A DNA stretch of 32,000 nt from Gallaecimonas kandeliae (GTDB lineage Bacteria; Pseudomonadota; Gammaproteobacteria; Enterobacterales; Gallaecimonadaceae): contig NZ_CP118480.1 of the NCBI RefSeq assembly GCF_030450055.1, positions 801,415 to 833,414 on the forward strand, in the 5' to 3' direction. The stretch's first letter is position 1, and each line of letters starts with the position of its first letter. This document shows, one piece after another, positions 15,469 to 25,089 of the stretch. The notes below the pieces were generated by a model. That model made no database searches, was not told the origin of the DNA, and worked only from the letters and a program-made list of their open reading frames with translations. Position numbers and translations under genes: made by a program.

Positions 15469-17793
15469 GTGCCCCAGGGTTTTCTACTTAGCCGCCACAG
15501 CCGCGACCAGCAGGGCGCCACCGAGATAGTGCTCTGGCTCAGCACAGATCAGGGCCCGGCCAGGCTGGTGATCGAAGGCGAGCGGCCGGTGCTGATGGTG
15601 GCCGCCGCCAAGCTGGAAAAGGCCAAGGCCCTGCTCGGCAACTTGCTGGTCGAAAGCCGGGACCTGGGGTTCAAGGACTTCGGTCGGCAGGGCGTCGCCA
15701 TGCTTTATTTCCCGACCCTGGAGGCTCACAAGCAGGGCCAGGCCATCCTCACCAGCAATGGCCTGGAGGTGCTGGAGGCGGACATCAAGCTCCAGGACCG
15801 CTTCCTGATGGAGCGCTTCGCCCGCGGCGGCATCGCCTTCGAGGGCCAGCCTATTCAGAAGCCCGGCTATACCGAGTGGCGCCAGGTGCGCCTCAAGGGC
15901 TGCGATTACCACCCCAAACTCAAGGTGCTGAGCCTGGATCTGGAATGCTCCGCCAAGGGTGAGCTCTACAGCGCCGGCCTTTATGGCCACGGCGTGGCCA
16001 GCGTCATCATGGTGGGCCAGCCCCAGGAAGCCGAGCTGGACATCCTCTGGGTGGAAGACGAGAAGGCGCTGCTCAGGCGCCTGGAGGTGGAGATCGCCCG
16101 CCTGGATCCGGACATCCTCATCGGCTGGTCCCTAGTGGCCTTCGACATCCGGCTGCTGGCCAAGCGGGCCGAACGCCACGGCCTGACACTGCGCCTGGGC
16201 CGCGGCGGTGAGCCGCTCTGGCTTCGTGACGGCACTGGAGACGGCCAGGCCTTTGCCTCCCTGCCGGGCCGGGTGGCCATAGACGGCATCGACGGCCTCA
16301 AGATAGCCACCTACAACTTCGAAAGCTTCAGCCTCGAGTCCGTCTCCCAGGCGCTGCTGGGCCGCGGCAAGAAGACCGAGGACGTGGACAACCGCCTGGC
16401 CCAGATAGAGCACGACTTCCGTCATGACAAGCCCAAACTGGCGGCCTACAACCTGGAGGACTGCGTCCTGGTCTGGGACATCTTCGCCCACACCAAGCTG
16501 CTGGACTTCCTGGTGCTGCGCAGCCAGCTCACCGGCCTGGAGCTGGACAGGGCCGGCGGCTCAGTGGCGGCCTTCACCAACCTCTACCTGCCAAGGCTGC
16601 ACAGGGCCGGTTTCGTGGCCCCCAACCTGCCGGCCGGCGGCGGCCTGGCGAGCCCCGGCGGTTACGTGATGGACTCCAGGCCCGGCCTGTACCGCAACGT
16701 GCTGGTGCTGGATTTTAAGAGCCTCTATCCCAGCATCATCCGTACCTTCAAGATCGATCCCCTCGGCCTTATCACGGGCCTGGAAGAAGAGGACGCCATC
16801 CCCGGCTTTCGCGAGGCCAAGTTCTCCCGCGCCCAGCACTTCCTGCCGGCCATCATCACCGAGCTCTGGCAGGCCAGGGACCAGGCCAAGCGCCAGCAGG
16901 ACGGCCCCCGCTCCCAGGCCATCAAGATCCTGATGAACTCCTTCTACGGGGTGCTGGGCTCGGGAGGCTGCCGCTTCTACGACACCCGCCTTGCCAGCTC
17001 CATCACCTTGCGCGGCCACGCCATCATGCAGCAGACGGCCCAGTGGGTGAGGGACGCCGGCCACCAGGTGATCTACGGCGACACCGACTCCACCTTCGTG
17101 CTGCTGGACGAAAACCTCGGCAGCGATGAGGCCGACGCCATAGGGAGGGCCCTGGCCGCCGACATCAACGAGCGCTGGCGCCAAAAGCTCAGGGAGGAGT
17201 TCGACTTGGACTGCTTCTTGGAGCTGGAATACGAGACCCATTACCAGCGCTTCCTGATGCCCACCATCCGTGGCTCAGAGGCCGGCTCCAAGAAGCGCTA
17301 TGCCGGCATGAAGGCCGGCGGCGAGCTTGTATTCAAAGGGCTGGAGACGGTGCGCACCGACTGGACGCCCCTGGCCAAGCATTTCCAGACCGAGCTCTAC
17401 CGGCTGGTGTTCGAGGATCAGGACCCGTCCGACTTCGTGCGCCGGACTGTGGAAGAAACCCTGGCCGGCCAGCGGGATGAGGAGCTGGTCTACCGCAAAC
17501 GCCTCAGGAGGCGGCTCGACCAGTACGTCAAGAACGTGCCGCCCCATGTGCGGGCGGCGCGCCTGGCCGACGAACACAACAAGAAGGCCGGCAAAACCCT
17601 CAAGTACCAGGGCAAGGGCAGTATCAGCTACCTGATGACCCTGTCCGGCCCTGAGCCCCTCGAGTACCGCCAGAGCCCCATCGACTATCAGCACTACATA
17701 GACCGCCAGTTAAAGCCGGTGGCCGAGGCCATATTGCCTTTCGTGGACCTGGAGTTCGAGCGGCTGGTGGGCGGCCAGTTGGGGCTTTTCTAG
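15469..17793 (+). CDS. polB: DNA polymerase II (family B)
   Basis: GTG start with the SD AAGAGGAA. Exonuclease and polymerase motifs are present (LVLDFKSLYPSII, YGDTDSTFV), and the length and N-terminus resemble E. coli Pol II. Confidence 0.95.
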   Translation: MPQGFLLSRHSRDQQGATEIVLWLSTDQGPARLVIEGERPVLMVAAAKLEKAKALLGNLLVESRDLGFKDFGRQGVAMLYFPTLEAHKQGQAILTSNGLEVLEADIKLQDRFLMERFARGGIAFEGQPIQKPGYTEWRQVRLKGCDYHPKLKVLSLDLECSAKGELYSAGLYGHGVASVIMVGQPQEAELDILWVEDEKALLRRLEVEIARLDPDILIGWSLVAFDIRLLAKRAERHGLTLRLGRGGEPLWLRDGTGDGQAFASLPGRVAIDGIDGLKIATYNFESFSLESVSQALLGRGKKTEDVDNRLAQIEHDFRHDKPKLAAYNLEDCVLVWDIFAHTKLLDFLVLRSQLTGLELDRAGGSVAAFTNLYLPRLHRAGFVAPNLPAGGGLASPGGYVMDSRPGLYRNVLVLDFKSLYPSIIRTFKIDPLGLITGLEEEDAIPGFREAKFSRAQHFLPAIITELWQARDQAKRQQDGPRSQAIKILMNSFYGVLGSGGCRFYDTRLASSITLRGHAIMQQTAQWVRDAGHQVIYGDTDSTFVLLDENLGSDEADAIGRALAADINERWRQKLREEFDLDCFLELEYETHYQRFLMPTIRGSEAGSKKRYAGMKAGGELVFKGLETVRTDWTPLAKHFQTELYRLVFEDQDPSDFVRRTVEETLAGQRDEELVYRKRLRRRLDQYVKNVPPHVRAARLADEHNKKAGKTLKYQGKGSISYLMTLSGPEPLEYRQSPIDYQHYIDRQLKPVAEAILPFVDLEFERLVGGQLGLF

Positions 17794-17948
17794 CCCTTGC
17801 GGCTTTTGACCTGGGCCAGGATCACGCCAAAGGCGATACCGAAAGCGAGGCCTGCCCCGATATGGCCGTTGGCAGCACCTATGGCGAGCCCACAGCCGAT
17901 GCCGATGGCCAGGTAGGCACTGTACTTGCTAGGTTTGGTTGGACTCAT
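17790..17948 (-). CDS. Small glycine-zipper membrane peptide (52 aa), absent from the ORF track
   Basis: ATG 17948 is preceded by AGAAGGAGGCAAT. Translation MSPTKPSKYSAYLAIGIGCGLAIGAANGHIGAGLAFGIAFGVILAQVKSRKG. The stop overlaps the polB stop (shared CTAG). Confidence 0.55.
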   Translation of the reverse strand: MSPTKPSKYSAYLAIGIGCGLAIGAANGHIGAGLAFGIAFGVILAQVKSRKG

Positions 17949-17981
17949 ATTGCCTCCTTCTAGGCGTTTAACTGGCGTTTT

Positions 17982-18428
17982 TTATTGCGGCTTTTCCTGC
18001 CCGTCCTTGGCGGCGCTCAAGGTCTTGAGCGGCACCGGCACCAGGCTGTTGATGATCCTGAGCCCCGGCTTGATGGTTTGCAGGTGGGCGATCAGATCCT
18101 GGTCGTGGAGAGGATCGAAACGCAGTTCCGGCACCCGGCCGTCGACATAACGGTCATGGAGCGAGAAGTAGCCCTTGCTCACCACCACGGCATTGAGTTC
18201 ACTCAGGGGCACTGTCGCCTTACCTGCCATCCAGAGCACCCCTTCTTTAACTTGGATGCGTGACCTGGGATCGGCTCCCCGCCAGCTGAAAAAGGTCCAG
18301 GCGCCGAGGTTTATGGCCATCAGGGCGGCGAATAAAGCAGAGCGTCCCCACCAGAGGCAGAGCCCCGTTTCCAGCAGGGCAATGAGAAAGGCGGGCAGCC
18401 AATAGCGTTGCCAGCGATAGCTCAGCAT
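17982..18428 (-). CDS. Small membrane protein: two N-terminal TM helices plus a ~90 aa soluble domain (bacterial PH-like is a guess)
   Basis: ATG 18428 shares one nt with the upstream TGA (TGATG); the alternative ATG at 18446 is possible. The ORF-track N-terminal extension to 18710 lies inside the upstream gene. Confidence 0.65.
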   Translation of the reverse strand: MLSYRWQRYWLPAFLIALLETGLCLWWGRSALFAALMAINLGAWTFFSWRGADPRSRIQVKEGVLWMAGKATVPLSELNAVVVSKGYFSLHDRYVDGRVPELRFDPLHDQDLIAHLQTIKPGLRIINSLVPVPLKTLSAAKDGQEKPQ

Positions 18429-19744
18429 CAGAAACCCCTTTGCCATTGTTGCAGCCTTCGCGGCTTGAGGCGGATCCAGTCCTGGCCCAGCAGGCTGTGC
18501 TTGACGCCCTGGCGGGCCAGGAGCCCCAGCAGCAGGTTGTAGGTCGGCGCCAGCCAGGCCTGGGTGCCGGTAATGTACCAGTGGATACCCAGTCCCAAGG
18601 AGAGCCCCATCAAGGTCAATCCGGCCAACACTGCGGCGAGGCCTGGCCAATGGCGCTGGCGCAGCCAGCACACCAGTAGTTGCATGGCCCAGAGGTAGCT
18701 GCAGCCGCACAGCGCCATGATCAATAGCGTCCTCGGTGCCGCCTGCACGCTGAGGCCGATAACGAAGGTGGCCGCTGCCAGCAACACAGAGCCGATCAGG
18801 GCTTGGCGCCGGAGGAGGTCATCCAGCCTCTGCCAGAGGCTGTGTCTATCGCCCGGCAACCGCAGCCAGAGGTAGCGCAGCCTGGCAACCGGATCCAGGC
18901 TGACCATGGGCGCCATCAGCACGCCGTAGAGCAAGAACATAAAGACGCCGTCGGGATCCCGCAGCAGCTCAAGGACCGGTGCCAGGCTCCAGCTCTGCAG
19001 GCAAAGAACTAGCCCCAAGAACGCCGGGAAGCCGAAGAAAAGCAGGGTATAGATGAAGAAGGCTCGGCCAAGGCCGGCCTTGCCGCCAAGCAGCATCACC
19101 AGCACGGGATCGCCGTAGCTGCTGACGGCCTTAGCGTCTTTATCTTTGGTCATGGCCTGTGCCAGGCCGCCCTTGAAGGCTAAGGGCTGGCGCAGCTTTC
19201 TTTGCCTCGGCAGCCACCAGTACAGCCAAGTCCAGGCGGCCAGGGCCAGCAGCAGCGCTAAAGGCCAGCCGTCATGGAAAAGCGCCTGTAGCTGTGGGTC
19301 CTGCTTGTCTGGCAGCAGGTGGGATACAAACATCATTGCCCAGAAGAATAGTAAGGAGCCGAAGCGGTAGCAGATAGCCCACTGGCTCAGCAGCAGGTAG
19401 GAGCTGATGGCCAGCAAACTCCAGCCGAAGACGGCGGCCTGGGGTTTCAACCAAGTCGCCGCCAAGGCGGCCAGCAGGGCGACAGTCACCAGGGCCAAGA
19501 GCGACGCCTGCCTGGCGTTGGGGGCCAGGGTAAGGCGGGGATTGCTGACCAGTTGGCGGAAGAGGTAACCCCCCATAATGACAGGGATGAAAAACAGTAC
19601 TTCCATGCCCGCTATTCTGATCACCCGGGCCCCATCAAAAGGCAGCAGGCTGGCGGCAAGCAGCGCCAACCCCAGGTAGCTTATCCAGCGCTGCAGCGGC
19701 ACCGAGGCGAAATAATGTTTAAGAACAGTGAAATAGGCTTTCAT
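18428..19744 (-). CDS. Polytopic inner-membrane protein, probable permease partner of the adjacent ABC ATPase (family not recognised)
   Basis: 438 aa with at least 10 hydrophobic segments. The start overlaps the ABC ATPase stop by 4 nt. Confidence 0.8.
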   Translation of the reverse strand: MKAYFTVLKHYFASVPLQRWISYLGLALLAASLLPFDGARVIRIAGMEVLFFIPVIMGGYLFRQLVSNPRLTLAPNARQASLLALVTVALLAALAATWLKPQAAVFGWSLLAISSYLLLSQWAICYRFGSLLFFWAMMFVSHLLPDKQDPQLQALFHDGWPLALLLALAAWTWLYWWLPRQRKLRQPLAFKGGLAQAMTKDKDAKAVSSYGDPVLVMLLGGKAGLGRAFFIYTLLFFGFPAFLGLVLCLQSWSLAPVLELLRDPDGVFMFLLYGVLMAPMVSLDPVARLRYLWLRLPGDRHSLWQRLDDLLRRQALIGSVLLAAATFVIGLSVQAAPRTLLIMALCGCSYLWAMQLLVCWLRQRHWPGLAAVLAGLTLMGLSLGLGIHWYITGTQAWLAPTYNLLLGLLARQGVKHSLLGQDWIRLKPRRLQQWQRGF

Positions 19745-20484
19745 GCGTGGAGTTCCAGGAAGATCTCTTCCAGGCCCTTGGGTTGTTGAAAGCCGTCTGT
19801 GCCATTGCCTTGCAAGGCGCTTTCCTTGAGCTCATCCAGGGTGCTGTCCACCACCAGCCGGCCTTCTTTGAGGATCCAGATGCGGTCGGCGATGCGCTCC
19901 AGATCCGAGACGATATGGGTGGAGAAGATGAGGGTGCAGCCCCTATCGCCGATGAGCTCCACCAGGGTCTGCAGGAAGCGGCGGCGGGCCAGGGGATCCA
20001 GGCTGGCCACGGGCTCGTCGAGGATCAAAAAGTCGGGGTTGTGGGCCAGGGCGGCCAGTATGGACAGCTTCTGGCGCTGGCCAAGGGAGAGGGCCTGCAC
20101 CCTTTTGTTGAGGGGGATGTCCCAGTCCTTGGCGAGCTCCGCCACCTTGGCCTTGTCCCAGTCGGGGTAGAAGGCAGAGAGCAGGTCCAGGTTCTGCTGG
20201 CCGGTCAGGTTGGCCAGCAGTTCGTCCTGTTGGGGCACGAAACCGATGCGGGCCTTGCCTTGGTCATTGAGCTGGCTAGCCGGTTCGCCGAACAACAGGC
20301 TGTGGCCGCGGCTTGGCAGGGCAAAGCCCAGCAGGGTCTCCAGCAAAGTGGTCTTGCCGGCGCCGTTCAGGCCCAAGAGGCCTATGACGTCCCCTTTTTT
20401 TACCTCTGCGTTGATGCTGTCCAGCACCAGTTCCTTGCCGAATTGCTGGCACAGATGGTCCAGCCTTACCAATGTCTCAGTCAT
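19741..20484 (-). CDS. ABC transporter ATP-binding protein
   Basis: Walker A GLNGAGKTT, signature LSLGQRQK, Walker B FLILDEP, H-loop STHIV. Confidence 0.93.
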   Translation of the reverse strand: MTETLVRLDHLCQQFGKELVLDSINAEVKKGDVIGLLGLNGAGKTTLLETLLGFALPSRGHSLLFGEPASQLNDQGKARIGFVPQQDELLANLTGQQNLDLLSAFYPDWDKAKVAELAKDWDIPLNKRVQALSLGQRQKLSILAALAHNPDFLILDEPVASLDPLARRRFLQTLVELIGDRGCTLIFSTHIVSDLERIADRIWILKEGRLVVDSTLDELKESALQGNGTDGFQQPKGLEEIFLELHA

Positions 20485-20848
20485 GGTGTTGCTCCAGTCC
20501 TTGGCGTACTGCCTGGATGATGTCGTCGTCGCCGAGCGCCAGTTGGCGGGCGCTTTGGATCAATTGATGGATAAGGGGGGCCAGCAGGATCTGGGCCTCT
20601 GGACCTTGGCGGTTGTGGGCCGCCACCGTCATGGGTTTGCCCCGTTGGCGCAGCAGCACCCCTTCCGCCTCCAACAGGCTGTAAGCCTTGGAGATGGTCA
20701 TGGGGTTGACGGCGTGCTTATCGGCCAGCTCCCGTACCGAGGGCAGGGGAGCCCCTGCCTTGAGTTGGCCGCCTGCCACCAACAGCTTCACCTGGTCGAC
20801 CAACTGGCGGTAGAGGGGGATACCCGATTGTGGGTTGAGGCTGAACAA
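20477..20848 (-). CDS. GntR-family transcriptional regulator, short YtrA-like subtype (123 aa)
   Basis: N-terminal winged helix-turn-helix ...IPLYRQLVDQVKLLVAGGQLKAGAPLPSVRELADKHAVNPMTISKAYSLLEAEG. TTG start with the SD GGAGAG. Overlaps the ABC gene by 8 nt. Confidence 0.85.
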   Translation of the reverse strand: MFSLNPQSGIPLYRQLVDQVKLLVAGGQLKAGAPLPSVRELADKHAVNPMTISKAYSLLEAEGVLLRQRGKPMTVAAHNRQGPEAQILLAPLIHQLIQSARQLALGDDDIIQAVRQGLEQHHD

Positions 20849-20864
20849 GGCCGCTCTCCATATG

Positions 20865-20888
20865 AGTGTATATTTACACTAATACACT
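20865..20888. promoter_or_regulatory. Candidate operator of the YtrA-like regulator
   Basis: Inverted repeat AGTGTA-TATT-TACACT (20865-20880) plus a third half-site ATACACT (20882-20888), 17-40 nt upstream of the regulator start. Confidence 0.4.
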
Positions 20889-20911
20889 TTGAGCGAGCCG
20901 GCAACAGTAAA

Positions 20912-20937
20912 GAAAAAGGCCGCTGGGCGGCCTTTTC
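20912..20937 (-). terminator. Terminator of the Sel1-repeat gene
   Basis: On the minus strand: GGCCGC-CCAG-CGGCC followed by TTTTTC. The hairpin is flanked by an A-run and a T-run. Confidence 0.7.
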
Positions 20938-21744
20938 TCAGAGCAGGGTGGAGAGGGCGTCCATGGCCTGGACGTTGCGCTGGGCGGCGGCTTTTTTCAG
21001 CCAATAGAGCGGCTTGGGGTCATTCCAGGGCAGGCCTTGCTGTTGGTGGTAGAGGCTGGCCAGGCGGTACTGGGCTTCCGCCAGGCCTGCCTCGGCGGCC
21101 GCTTCGAACCAGTGGGCTGCTTGCTGGTCGTCTCTTTCCAGTCCCTGGCCCCTGGCATAGAGGCGGCCCAGGGCCAGTTGGGCGCGGGCATCCCCGGCGT
21201 TGGCGGCAAGGCCGTACCAGTGGGCGGCTTGAGCCGGATCCTGGTGTTGCCATTGACCGGCCTCATAGAGATGGCCCAGGCGTAACTGGGCCTCCACCAG
21301 TCCTTGCTCGGCGGCGGCTTTGTACCAGAAGGCGGCCTTGTCGAGATCCAGGCGCAACCCCATGCCGTTTTCATAGAGGTAGGCCAACTGGTATTGACCA
21401 GAGGCATCCCCCTGGCTGGCCGCAAGGCCGGCCCAGTAGGCGGCCAACTGGAAGTCCTGGTTGAGGGGGGCCTGGCCTTGGCTGAGATCCCGGGCCAGCC
21501 TGGCCCGGGTGGCGGCGTCCCCTAGCCTTGCCTCTTGGGTACGGGCCTGCAGGGCGGCCTGCGCCTTCAGTACCTGTATCGCCTTGTTCAGGCCGGGATC
21601 GGCATCGGGCAATGACCTTCCCCTGATCGCCTGGGGCTGGGTCGAGTGGTAGTCGCCAAGGAGGGCCTGTTGGGGGGCGACGTGGCTGGCGCAGCCGGCA
21701 ACAAGGGCACAATTGAGGGCGAGAAAAGCCTTCTTAAACATCAT
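20938..21744 (-). CDS. Sel1-repeat (SLR/TPR-like) lipoprotein
   Basis: Lipobox LVAGC after MMFKKAFLALNCA. At least 5 Sel1 repeats (A..W(Y/F)..AA.QG...AQ..LG.LY..G). The start is uncertain: 21744, 21741 or 21768. Confidence 0.85.
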   Translation of the reverse strand: MMFKKAFLALNCALVAGCASHVAPQQALLGDYHSTQPQAIRGRSLPDADPGLNKAIQVLKAQAALQARTQEARLGDAATRARLARDLSQGQAPLNQDFQLAAYWAGLAASQGDASGQYQLAYLYENGMGLRLDLDKAAFWYKAAAEQGLVEAQLRLGHLYEAGQWQHQDPAQAAHWYGLAANAGDARAQLALGRLYARGQGLERDDQQAAHWFEAAAEAGLAEAQYRLASLYHQQQGLPWNDPKPLYWLKKAAAQRNVQAMDALSTLL

Positions 21745-21893
21745 CACTATCCCGGTGAGTTGGTCCATGCGTCATGCCCGGTACCTCGCGACGTACCGGA
21801 GGGCGCAGACTTTAACCGAATTTGTACCAAATTGTAATAATGAGATAAGGCGACTTTAATGGCGCCGCACTGAAGCGGGAGGAGGAGAATGCC

Positions 21894-22253
21894 ATGAAGT
21901 CTGGCCCCCTGATCGTTTACTACGACGGTGCCTGCCCCCTCTGCCGGGCCGACAAGGCCCGCTTCGAGCGCTGGGCGCCGAGGGCGCCGGTTACCTGGTT
22001 CGACATCACTGGCCAAGAGGAAGCGCTGAGTGCAGAGGGCGTTGACCCTGGCCTTGCCTTGCGCAGCCTCCACGTGCGCATGCCTGATGGTCTGCTCCAT
22101 CAGGGCATGGACGCCTATGCCCTGCTGATGCGGCATGTCTGGTGGCTAAGGCCCCTGGGCTGGCTGATCACCCTGCCGGGCATCAAGCCCCTGCTGACGG
22201 CCTGGTACCGGCGTTGGGTGGACAGGCGCCTCTGCCGGCAGGGCAGGGGTTAA
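21894..22253 (+). CDS. Thiol-disulfide oxidoreductase, DCC family (DUF393)
   Basis: LIVYYDGACPLCRADKARFERW is the DCC motif. SD GGAGGAGGAG. Confidence 0.85.
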   Translation: MKSGPLIVYYDGACPLCRADKARFERWAPRAPVTWFDITGQEEALSAEGVDPGLALRSLHVRMPDGLLHQGMDAYALLMRHVWWLRPLGWLITLPGIKPLLTAWYRRWVDRRLCRQGRG

Positions 22254-23329
22254 GGCAAGAGCCGTAGCCAGCCCTTGGCGCCCGTCCGGAACCTGAGGCC
22301 TTGGCCTTCCACTATGCCTTGCAGGAACTGGCTCTCCGCCTTGCTGGCCGGCTGTAGTTGGAAGCGCCTGAGCCTGGTCGGCACCGCCAGCAGGGCGCTC
22401 AGCCGGCCATCGGCAGCCAACTCGGGGAAATAGAGCAGCCCCAGGTCGTCCCTGTAGGGCAGGCCAGTCGTTATGCCCTCGTAGTCGTTGATGAGGTCGC
22501 CACAGCCGTAGAGGATGAGCCGGCCCTGGTAAAGCTCCATGGCCTTGGGGTGGTGGCTGGAATGGCCGTGGACCAGATCTACCCCGGCCTCCACCAGGCC
22601 ATGGGCGAAGTTCCGCTGCGCCGGCTCTATTCCATAGCCCCAGTTGCCGCCCCAATGGATGGACAGCAGCACCCGATCTCCCGGGCGCCGCCAGGCGCCG
22701 ATCGCCCCTGTCACTTCTGCCAGGCTGGCGGTATCCAGGCTGGGCAGGCGCCAGACGCCTGGCCTGCTGTCGGTGGCGGCCCAGTCTTGCGGCACACCGC
22801 TGTCGGCCAGAGCGCAGCCGAAGCAGAGCAGCCGCCCTTGCTCCAGGGGGAAGATGGCCGGCGCCTGGGCCTGGGCCAGATCCTCGCCGGCACCCAAGGC
22901 CGGGATCCCGGCTTTCTTCAGGGCGGCCAGACTGTCCTCGAGGCCTAGCAGGCCCCAGTCCAGCACATGGTTGTTGGCCAGGGTCAGGGCGCTGGGCCTG
23001 GCGGCCTGGAGCACGGCCAGGTTGGCGGTATTGAGGCGGTAGTGGATGTCCTTGCCGGGCCAGGGGCTGCCCCTGGCAGTGACGGCCGTCTCCAGGTTGG
23101 CAAGGCGCAGTTGGGGCTTGAGGCGGGAGAGCAGCTTGAGGGTGAAGCCCCAGGGATAGGCAGGGGAAACCGGCAGGGCCAAGGGGCCCTGGCGGCGTTC
23201 CATCAGGCGCAGGTAGTCGCGGGCGTCCTTGACCCAGGGCTCGAAGAGGCCGGGCGGGCAGGGGTGGGGCAGTATCTGATCAATGCCCCGCCCCAGCATG
23301 AGATCGCCGGCGAGGAAGAGGCGCAACAT
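22250..23329 (-). CDS. CapA-family (PGA_cap) metallophosphoesterase-like protein
   Basis: MLRLFLAGDLMLGRG..., ...LANNHVLDWG..., ...VHGHSSHH... blocks. Confidence 0.85.
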   Translation of the reverse strand: MLRLFLAGDLMLGRGIDQILPHPCPPGLFEPWVKDARDYLRLMERRQGPLALPVSPAYPWGFTLKLLSRLKPQLRLANLETAVTARGSPWPGKDIHYRLNTANLAVLQAARPSALTLANNHVLDWGLLGLEDSLAALKKAGIPALGAGEDLAQAQAPAIFPLEQGRLLCFGCALADSGVPQDWAATDSRPGVWRLPSLDTASLAEVTGAIGAWRRPGDRVLLSIHWGGNWGYGIEPAQRNFAHGLVEAGVDLVHGHSSHHPKAMELYQGRLILYGCGDLINDYEGITTGLPYRDDLGLLYFPELAADGRLSALLAVPTRLRRFQLQPASKAESQFLQGIVEGQGLRFRTGAKGWLRLLP

Positions 23330-23369
23330 AAGCCATGCTCCAGAGGGCCTCCCTGAAGCGTGGCAGCTG

Positions 23370-24971
23370 TCAGTGCATTTCCACTACGCCCTGGGCCTTG
23401 AGGTAGTCGTCGTAACTGCCCAGGTAGTCGTTGATACCGGTGGGGGTCACTTCGATGATACGGGTGGCCAGGGAGCTGACGAACTGGCGGTCGTGGGACA
23501 CGAACAGCAAGGTGCCCTTGTAGTGCTCGAGCGCCAGGTTCAGTGCCTCGATGGACTCCATGTCCATGTGGTTGGTGGGCTCGTCCATCAAGAGGATGTT
23601 GGGCTTGTGCATCATGATCTTGCCGATCAGCATCCGGCCCTGCTCACCACCCGACAGCACTTTGACCTTCTTCTTGATGTCGTTCTGGCTGAACAGCATG
23701 CGGCCGAGGATGGAGCGCAGCGTCTGCTCGTCGTCCCCTTCCTGCTGCCATTGGGCCATCCAATCCATCAGGTTGAGGTCCATGGCGAAGTCGTCGGCAT
23801 GGTCCTGGGCGTAGAAGCCGATGTTGGAATTCTCGGACCACTTGACGTTGCCGTCCTTGGGCTCCATCACCCCGGCCAGGGTGTTGAGCAACGTGGACTT
23901 GCCGACGCCGTTGGCGCCGATGATGGCGATGCGCTCACCCACTTCCACGTTGAGCTTGAAACCCTTGAACAGCAGGTCGTCGTCGTAGCCTTGGGCCAGA
24001 TCTGTGACTTCCAGGGCCTGGCGGTAGAGCTGCTTGGCCTGCTCGAAGCGGATGAAGGGGCTCTGGCGGGAAGAGGGCTTGACCTCTTCCAGCTGGATCT
24101 TGTCGATCAGCTTGGCGCGGCTGGTGGCCTGTTTGGCCTTGGAGGCGTTGGCGGAGAAGCGGCTGACGAAGGTCTGCAGCTCGGCTATCTGGGCCTTCTT
24201 CTTGGCGTTGTCGGCCAGGAGGCGCTCGCGGGCCTGGGTGGCGGCCGTCATGTACTCGTCGTAGTTCCCCGGGAAGAGGCGCAGCTCGCCGTAGTCAAGG
24301 TCGGCCATGTGGGTACAGACGGCGTTCAGGAAGTGACGGTCGTGGGAGATGATGATCATGGTGCTGCCCCGTTCGGTCAGCACCCCTTCCAGCCAGCGGA
24401 TGGTGTGGATGTCCAGGTTGTTGGTGGGTTCGTCCAGCAGCATCACGTCCGGGTCTGAGAACAGCACCTGGGCCAGCAGCACCCGCACCTTGAGGCCGGG
24501 GGCCACGGCGGCCATGGGGCCGTAGTGCTGTTCCTGGGGTATGCCCAAGCCCAGCAGCAGCTCGCCGGCGCGGGCCTCGGCGCTGTAGCCGTCCATCTCG
24601 GCGAACTGCACTTCCAGGTCAGCCACCTTCATGCCGTCGTCTTCGCTCATCTCCGGCAGGGCATAGATGCGGTCGCGCTCGGACTTGACCGCCCACAGCT
24701 CGGCATGGCCCATCACGACGGTGTCGACCACGGAATATTCTTCGAAGGCGAACTGGTCCTGGCCCAATTTGGCCATGCGGGTGTGGGGGGGCAGGAAGAC
24801 GTTGCCGGCGCTGGGTTCCAGCTCGCCGTTGAGGATCTTCATGAAGGTGGACTTGCCGCAGCCGTTGGCGCCGATGAGGCCGTAGCGATTGCCCTCGCCG
24901 AACTTGACGGAGATGTTTTCGAAAAGCGGCTTATCGCCGAACTGCATGGTGATATTGGCGGTAGACAGCAC
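23370..24971 (-). CDS. ybiT: ABC-F family ATPase YbiT
   Basis: Near-collinear with E. coli YbiT as I recall it ([47 protein letters not shown]...). Two ABC cassettes. GTG start. Confidence 0.93.
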   Translation of the reverse strand: MLSTANITMQFGDKPLFENISVKFGEGNRYGLIGANGCGKSTFMKILNGELEPSAGNVFLPPHTRMAKLGQDQFAFEEYSVVDTVVMGHAELWAVKSERDRIYALPEMSEDDGMKVADLEVQFAEMDGYSAEARAGELLLGLGIPQEQHYGPMAAVAPGLKVRVLLAQVLFSDPDVMLLDEPTNNLDIHTIRWLEGVLTERGSTMIIISHDRHFLNAVCTHMADLDYGELRLFPGNYDEYMTAATQARERLLADNAKKKAQIAELQTFVSRFSANASKAKQATSRAKLIDKIQLEEVKPSSRQSPFIRFEQAKQLYRQALEVTDLAQGYDDDLLFKGFKLNVEVGERIAIIGANGVGKSTLLNTLAGVMEPKDGNVKWSENSNIGFYAQDHADDFAMDLNLMDWMAQWQQEGDDEQTLRSILGRMLFSQNDIKKKVKVLSGGEQGRMLIGKIMMHKPNILLMDEPTNHMDMESIEALNLALEHYKGTLLFVSHDRQFVSSLATRIIEVTPTGINDYLGSYDDYLKAQGVVEMH

Positions 24972-25055
24972 CTTGGGGCCCCCTGGGTTATGAGGGGGGC
25001 AAGCCTACTGGCTTTGCCTGGCGGAGGCAATGGGGCTGGCGGAATTTTCGCCATG

Positions 25056-25085
25056 AAAAAAGGCGCCTGGAGCGCCTTTTTCTTT
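25056..25085 (-). terminator. Terminator of the DUF2726 gene (bidirectional shape)
   Basis: AGGCGC(25061-25066)/GCGCCT(25072-25077), flanked by A6 and a T-run. Confidence 0.7.
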
Positions 25086-25089
25086 TGGC

